A stretch of DNA of 64,000 bases from Gammaproteobacteria bacterium (GTDB lineage Bacteria > Pseudomonadota > Gammaproteobacteria > Steroidobacterales > GCA-2729495): the NCBI GenBank assembly GCA_036351295.1, contig JAZBOT010000110.1:3567-67566 (forward strand). The letters run 5' to 3'. A program made the translations under genes and the position numbers. Below the pieces are notes generated by a model, which was not told the DNA's origin, ran no database searches, and saw nothing but the letters and a program-made list of their open reading frames with translations. Shown piece after piece: positions 59,048 to 64,000 of the stretch (the first letter of the stretch is position 1; every line of letters begins with the position of its first letter).

Positions 59048-60382
59048 CGTTCCGAGGCCGAGAAAGGTCATAAAGCCGACGACATCCGTGACGGTCGTCA
59101 GCACCACGCCACCGGCGATGGCCGGGTCTATGCCCAGCCGCGGCAGTATCAGCGGGATTACCGATCCCGCGAGAGCTGCGACGACGAGGTTGATGGCGAC
59201 GGCCGCACCGATGATCAGGCCGACGTCCCAGCCGCCGAAAAATGCCACGCTGATCAGCGCGACAATGCTCGACCACAGCAGGCCATTGACCGCTCCCACC
59301 AGGAACTCCTTGCTCAGCAGCCAGCGGGCGTTGCTCGGGCCGACCTTGCCAAGCGCCATGCTGCGCACCATCAGCGTAAGTGTCTGCGTTCCGGCAATAC
59401 CGCCCATGCTTGCGACCACCGGCATCAGCACCGCCAGTACCACGACCTCGGCCAGCGTGGCTTCGAACATGCCCACCACCGCAGCCGCCAGAAAGGCCGT
59501 TGCCAGGTTAATGCCGAGCCACAGTGAGCGTCGCGCCACGCTGGTTACGACCGGGGCGAAGATGTCGTCCTCTTCATCAAGTCCCGCCTTGCCCAGAATT
59601 TCGTGCTCGGCCTGTTCCCGAATAACGTCCACGACGTCATCCACAGTGATCTGGCCGAGCAGTTTGCCGGTATCGTCGATGACCGGGGCCGCAACAAGAT
59701 CGTTGGTTTCAAACAGGCGTGCCACCTCAGCAGCCGACGTGGATGCATGAATACCCTCGACGGCGGTGTCCATCACATCGACAACACTGGCTTCAGGGTC
59801 GTGTGTAATAAGGCGTGCGATCGACAGCGTGCCGCGATAATTGTCATTACGGTCAACCACAAACAACATGTTGGTGTTGCGCGGCAGCTCGCCGAGAAAG
59901 CGCAGGTAACGGAGTACGACTTCGAGTGTTACGTTGCGCCGTACCGCAATCGTATCGGGGTTCATGAGGCCGCCCGCACTGTCTTCCGCATAGGACAGCA
60001 CCGCTTCCAGCCGTTCGCGATCGCGCCGATTTAGTGACCTGATCAGCTGTTGCGTCAGCGACTCCGGCAGGCCGGCAATCACGTCAGCGAGGTCGTCGAG
60101 CTCCATGCCTTCGGTAGCGGCCACCAGATCCTGGGCGTCCATGGAAGACATCAGCAGGGTCCGGACTTCGTCGTTGAGCTCGGCCAGAACGTCGCCTTCG
60201 TCTTCGGGGGGTAGCAGCTTCCAGACGACTTCGCGCTTTGCCGGCGGCAGTGACTCAAGCAGCAGGGCGGCCTCGGCCGGGTTCAGATCGGCGAGCATCT
60301 GCTCTGCCCGCAGCATCATTCCCTGCGACAGAGCATCCCGTAAACCGGCGAGGTCGACCTTCGCCTTGATCGCCGGTTCCAT
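59033..60382 (-). CDS. mgtE: Magnesium transporter MgtE
   Basis: 449 aa from ATG 60382 (track ORF to 60418); N-domain, CBS pair, C-terminal 5-TM domain with DPAIAGGVVLTTVTDVVGF. Confidence 0.92.
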   Translation of the reverse strand: MEPAIKAKVDLAGLRDALSQGMMLRAEQMLADLNPAEAALLLESLPPAKREVVWKLLPPEDEGDVLAELNDEVRTLLMSSMDAQDLVAATEGMELDDLADVIAGLPESLTQQLIRSLNRRDRERLEAVLSYAEDSAGGLMNPDTIAVRRNVTLEVVLRYLRFLGELPRNTNMLFVVDRNDNYRGTLSIARLITHDPEASVVDVMDTAVEGIHASTSAAEVARLFETNDLVAAPVIDDTGKLLGQITVDDVVDVIREQAEHEILGKAGLDEEDDIFAPVVTSVARRSLWLGINLATAFLAAAVVGMFEATLAEVVVLAVLMPVVASMGGIAGTQTLTLMVRSMALGKVGPSNARWLLSKEFLVGAVNGLLWSSIVALISVAFFGGWDVGLIIGAAVAINLVVAALAGSVIPLILPRLGIDPAIAGGVVLTTVTDVVGFMTFLGLGTLFLL

Positions 60383-60383
60383 C

Positions 60384-61259
60384 TCAGCTGACCGCCGCTG
60401 ACCGGTCGAGGCGATCATGGCGAATCAGCACATTGGCATATCGCTCAGCCAGCTGGGCGCCGATTTTTTCCACCACATACACAGAGCGATGCTGTCCACC
60501 TGTGCAGCCCACTGCAGCCGTGAGGTAGTTCCTGTTGTGCTCACGGTACTCAGGAATGCGGTTGCTGAGAAACCCCACAATGTCATCGATCATCCGCTGG
60601 GTAATGGTGCTTGCGGCCAGGAAGCGGATAATTTCCGGGTCTTTACCGTTGAGTGCGCGCAGCTCGGGTACCCAATACGGATTGGGCAGGCAGCGCACAT
60701 CAAAGACGAAGTCCGCATCGTATGGCACGCCATATTTGAAGCCGAATGATTCGATCTGCACCGACAGCTCGGCTTGCTGCCGTTCAGCTACCCGCGCACG
60801 CAGTGTCGTTCGCAGCTCGTGAATGCTGGTCGAACTGGTGTTGATGACCAGGTCGGCCGAGTAAATGATCGGGCCCAGCAGCTCGCGCTCTTCGCTGATG
60901 GCATCCTGCAGGCTCATCTCCGGAGTGCGTAACGGATGCCGCCGCCGCGTTTCCCTGTAGCGCTGCAGGAGTACCTCGTCGTCGGAGTGTAAAAAAAGTA
61001 TTTCGCAGCGAACGCCCTGCGACTTGAGCCCTTGCAGCAACGCCGGCAATGACTGCAGATCCGCTTCCCGGTTGCGCGCGTCAACCCCCACCGCCATGTT
61101 GTCGTAGAGCGCATCGCGGGCTTCGATTGTCTGCGTAATCAAGCCACCCAGCAGGGCAGCAGGGACGTTGTCGATGCAGAAAAAGCCCATGTCCTCCAGG
61201 GCGTCCAGCGCGACAGATTTGCCGGAGCCCGAAAGGCCACTGACAATGATGAGGCGCAT
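60384..61259 (-). CDS. rapZ: RNase adapter protein RapZ (YhbJ)
   Basis: 291 aa; MRLIIVSGLSGSGKSVALDALEDMGFFCIDNVP; C-terminal GCTGGQHRSV. Confidence 0.93.
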   Translation of the reverse strand: MRLIIVSGLSGSGKSVALDALEDMGFFCIDNVPAALLGGLITQTIEARDALYDNMAVGVDARNREADLQSLPALLQGLKSQGVRCEILFLHSDDEVLLQRYRETRRRHPLRTPEMSLQDAISEERELLGPIIYSADLVINTSSTSIHELRTTLRARVAERQQAELSVQIESFGFKYGVPYDADFVFDVRCLPNPYWVPELRALNGKDPEIIRFLAASTITQRMIDDIVGFLSNRIPEYREHNRNYLTAAVGCTGGQHRSVYVVEKIGAQLAERYANVLIRHDRLDRSAAVS

Positions 61260-61261
61260 TG

Positions 61262-61582
61262 TCAGTCGAAGCTGCGCTTCACGCTCTCGCGCGCATGATG
61301 GTCTGTAATCTTGCCCTTGTGCCGTCTGACCTGCCGGTCAAGTTTATCCACCATGGCGTCAATCGCCGCGTACATGTCCGCTTCCACCGAATGCGCGTGC
61401 AGGGAGTTGCCACTCAGGTAAACGGTGGCTTCCGCTTTGTGCTCAAGTTTCTCAACGGTGAGCACACAGTGAATGTCGGTGATGTGTTCAAAGTGGCGCT
61501 CAATGCGCTGCAGCTTTTCGTTCACGTAGTCGCGGAGGGCAGACGTTATCTCTACATGATGGCCGGATATAGTAATTTGCAT
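61262..61582 (-). CDS. hpf: Ribosome hibernation promoting factor (sigma-54 modulation protein family)
   Basis: 106 aa; MQITISGHHVEITSALRDYV N-terminus; immediately downstream of rpoN. Confidence 0.9.
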   Translation of the reverse strand: MQITISGHHVEITSALRDYVNEKLQRIERHFEHITDIHCVLTVEKLEHKAEATVYLSGNSLHAHSVEADMYAAIDAMVDKLDRQVRRHKGKITDHHARESVKRSFD

Positions 61583-61662
61583 CGTTGCTGTGCTCCTGTT
61601 GTTGCTCTGGTTGGGGCCGAATGTATTACGCGAAGTTCGAGCCGGATGTCTGGCGCTGCAGA

Positions 61663-63051
61663 TCAGACGCGCTGTTTGCGCTCGTTTGACGGAGCTATCT
61701 GCATGGCCTCCCGGTATTTTGCCACGGTTCGGCGCGCTACCTGAACGCCTTGTTCCGCAAGTAATTTGGCGATTTTGCTGTCACTCAGCGGTTTCGTCGG
61801 GTTCTCGGCGCCTATCATGCGCTTGATGCGCGCACGAATAGCCGTGGAAGACTGGCCCGACCCATCGTCCGCGGTCAGCTGGCTGGAGAAAAAGTATTTA
61901 AATTCGAATACGCCGCGAGGGGTATGCATAAATTTGTTGGTGGTTACGCGCGAAATCGTGGATTCATGCATGTCGAGCATCTCGGCGATATCCTTGAGGA
62001 TCATGGGTCGCATGCGCTCCTCACCGTGTTCCAGGAAGTCGACCTGACGTTCAACGATCGACATCGCCACTTTCATCAGGGTCTCGTGGCGTATTTCCAG
62101 GCTGCGCACCAGCCAGCGAGCCTCCTGCAGCTGACCCCGCAGCGTAGAATGATTGTTACTTCCGCGCAGCATGTTGGCGTATGCCTGATTAACTTTAAGC
62201 TGTGGCGAGCTGCCCCGGTTGACTTCGACAATCCACTGGCCGTCCTGCTTGCGCACGTAGACGTCCGGAATAACGTATTGGGTGCTGTTGGACTGGATCG
62301 TTGAGCCCGGCTTCGGGTGGCAGGCCCTAATGAGCAGGATGGCGTCGTCGAGCTCCGCATCGCTGACGCCGAGCTTGCGACGCATGGCCGCGAGGTCATG
62401 CGCGGCCAGCGTGTCCAGTTCTTCGGCTGCGATCCGCAGCGCCAGATCGCGGGCCCCGTCACCCGTGTGCAGCTGCCGCAGCTGCAAACTGATGCACTCG
62501 CTCAGGTCACGTGCCGCAATGCCCGCCGGGTCAAGCTGTTGCACTTTGCCGAGGGCCCGCTCGACTTCAGCCAACGAGAAACTGGCATCCTGCGGCAGTG
62601 TCTGCAGCAACTCTTCGAGGCTTACTGTCAGGTAGCCATCGTCATTGATGGCATCGACGATGGCTTCGCCAATGGCTGACTCACGTGGGCTGAAGTCGTC
62701 CATTTGCAGCTGCCACAACAGGTGGTCCTGCAGCGATTCACCACTGGTGTCCGGCAGGTCTATTTGGGGTTGCTCGGCGCCCGAATAATTGTCGCCTTTG
62801 CGGCCGTTGCCGTAGATGTCTTCCCAGTCGCCGCGTTCCAGCTCGCCACCATCTACAATCTCTGGTTGCTCCGCGGGGGTCTCATTATCAGCCGGCTCTT
62901 CCTGCTCCAGCATGACATTTTCTTCAAGCGCTTCGGCCAGCTGTGTATTGAGCTCGAGCACCGGCATTTGCAGCAAGCGAATTGCCTGCTGGAGTTGCGG
63001 CGTCATGGTCAGTTGCTGACCCAGCTTTAGCTGCAGCGATAGTTTTGCCAT
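61663..63051 (-). CDS. rpoN: RNA polymerase sigma-54 factor
   Basis: 462 aa from ATG 63051 (track ORF to 63066); LTMTPQLQQAIRLLQ region I; RpoN box ARRTVAKYRE. Confidence 0.96.
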   Translation of the reverse strand: MAKLSLQLKLGQQLTMTPQLQQAIRLLQMPVLELNTQLAEALEENVMLEQEEPADNETPAEQPEIVDGGELERGDWEDIYGNGRKGDNYSGAEQPQIDLPDTSGESLQDHLLWQLQMDDFSPRESAIGEAIVDAINDDGYLTVSLEELLQTLPQDASFSLAEVERALGKVQQLDPAGIAARDLSECISLQLRQLHTGDGARDLALRIAAEELDTLAAHDLAAMRRKLGVSDAELDDAILLIRACHPKPGSTIQSNSTQYVIPDVYVRKQDGQWIVEVNRGSSPQLKVNQAYANMLRGSNNHSTLRGQLQEARWLVRSLEIRHETLMKVAMSIVERQVDFLEHGEERMRPMILKDIAEMLDMHESTISRVTTNKFMHTPRGVFEFKYFFSSQLTADDGSGQSSTAIRARIKRMIGAENPTKPLSDSKIAKLLAEQGVQVARRTVAKYREAMQIAPSNERKQRV

Positions 63052-63122
63052 AGTGTGCGCGGTCATCCTAACCGCTATTGATGAAATGCTCAGCCCGCGT
63101 TCCGGCGCCTGACGTAGTGTAC

Positions 63123-63848
63123 CTAAAGCGCGAAGTCGTCGCCGAGATACACTTCTCGAACCTGCTGGTTGGCCAGCACCTCAGCGGGTTCGCCGGCCGC
63201 GATAACCGCACCGTCATTGACGATGTACGCCCGGCTGCATATGCCCAGTGTTTCGCGCACATTGTGGTCGGTTATCAATACCCCGATGCCGCGCTGGCTC
63301 AAATGCCGGATGATGCGCTGTATATCAAGTATCGAGATCGGGTCGACGCCGGCAAAAGGTTCGTCCAGCAATATAAAGCGCGGCTCTACCGCCAGCGCCC
63401 GCGCAATCTCAACGCGCCGCCGCTCGCCGCCCGACAGGCTCATGCCGAGGCTGTTGCGAACGTGCCCGATATGCAGCTCTTCCAGTAATTCTTCCAGCAG
63501 CCGTTCGCGGTCGGCCTGGGTCAGTTCGTCGCGGGTTTCAAGGATCGCCATGATGTTGTTGGCGACCGTAAGCTTGCGGAAGATCGAAGCTTCCTGCGGC
63601 AGATAGCCGATACCCTGCTTGGCCCGCAAGTACATCGGCAGCGCGGTGACGTCCTTGCCGTCGAGAAGTATGCGCCCCTTGTCGGCCGTGACGAGCCCGA
63701 CAACCATATAAAACGCCGTGGTTTTCCCGGCGCCATTGGGCCCGAGAAGGCCGACGACCTCGCCGCTCTGAATCTCGAAGCCGATGTTCTTGACGACCTC
63801 GCGCAGCTTGAACTTTTTACTCAGGTTTTCGGCGCTTAATACACTCAT
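63123..63848 (-). CDS. lptB: LPS export ABC transporter ATP-binding protein LptB
   Basis: 241 aa; Walker [10 protein letters not shown]; signature LSGGERRR; Walker B ILLDEP; upstream of rpoN. Confidence 0.95.
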   Translation of the reverse strand: MSVLSAENLSKKFKLREVVKNIGFEIQSGEVVGLLGPNGAGKTTAFYMVVGLVTADKGRILLDGKDVTALPMYLRAKQGIGYLPQEASIFRKLTVANNIMAILETRDELTQADRERLLEELLEELHIGHVRNSLGMSLSGGERRRVEIARALAVEPRFILLDEPFAGVDPISILDIQRIIRHLSQRGIGVLITDHNVRETLGICSRAYIVNDGAVIAAGEPAEVLANQQVREVYLGDDFAL

Positions 63849-64000
63849 TCCGGGCTGGTTCCGCCGTCGTTGGGCAAACCCGGTGCAGTCCCCGGCTCGC
63901 TGTCGCTGTCAGGCAGCCGCGTGCCCGGGTCTATCAGTATCGTCACCGGGCCGCTCTCGCCGGACCCCGCAGTCAGTCGCTGGGCCGTGAGGTCGTAGGT
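63845..64000 (-). CDS. lptA: LptA (C-terminal fragment; gene continues beyond the window)
   Basis: Open frame to the window edge, read by hand (...[21 protein letters not shown]...TSPE*); ATGA overlap with lptB start. Call rests mainly on conserved lptA-lptB-rpoN synteny. Confidence 0.6.
   Translation of the reverse strand, partial: TYDLTAQRLTAGSGESGPVTILIDPGTRLPDSDSEPGTAPGLPNDGGTSPE

Overview
High-GC gammaproteobacterial chromosome segment, densely coding. I found no tRNA/rRNA, CRISPR array, transposase/integrase or recognisable defence gene. (1) 1-20.1 kb is one co-oriented polar-flagellum locus: fleS-fleR, fliEFGHIJ, fliK, fliLMNOPQR, flhB, flhA, flhF, flhG/fleN, fliA. Three near-identical sigma-54 promoters (TGGCACG-N4-TTGCT) can be read directly in the DNA ahead of fleS, fliK and fliL. 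(2) 20.1-28.8 kb is the only accessory-looking part. The cheY...cheW block that follows fliA in Pseudomonas/Vibrio-type loci is absent. In its place are a DUF2802-like gene overlapping fliA, an HDOD-GGDEF protein, a convergent FleQ-family sigma-54 activator with no N-terminal regulatory domain, a divergent stand-alone HDOD protein and a small exported three-repeat protein. A PomAB-like stator pair follows, preceded by a visibly structured leader and overlapped at its 3' end by a Kv-type K+ channel gene, and then a conserved unknown protein. (3) 28.9-64 kb is housekeeping: hldE, waaA, tolC, rhodanese, pcm-like, a PAS-GGDEF-EAL protein, PFK, adk, rnd, mpl, a Lon-N-domain protein plus an unlisted 56-aa rubredoxin, TraB/GumN, cpdA, ahcY, metK, tkt-gap-pgk-pyk, SDR lipoprotein, MFS, peroxiredoxin, patatin, mgtE, and rapZ-hpf-rpoN-lptB-lptA'. 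I see no clear-cut new system such as a defence island. The best candidate for undescribed biology is the HDOD / c-di-GMP / domain-less FleQ module with the stator-channel operon and its leader. All family calls come from motif recognition by eye; no database search was run, and start codons marked as adjusted are my own reading.
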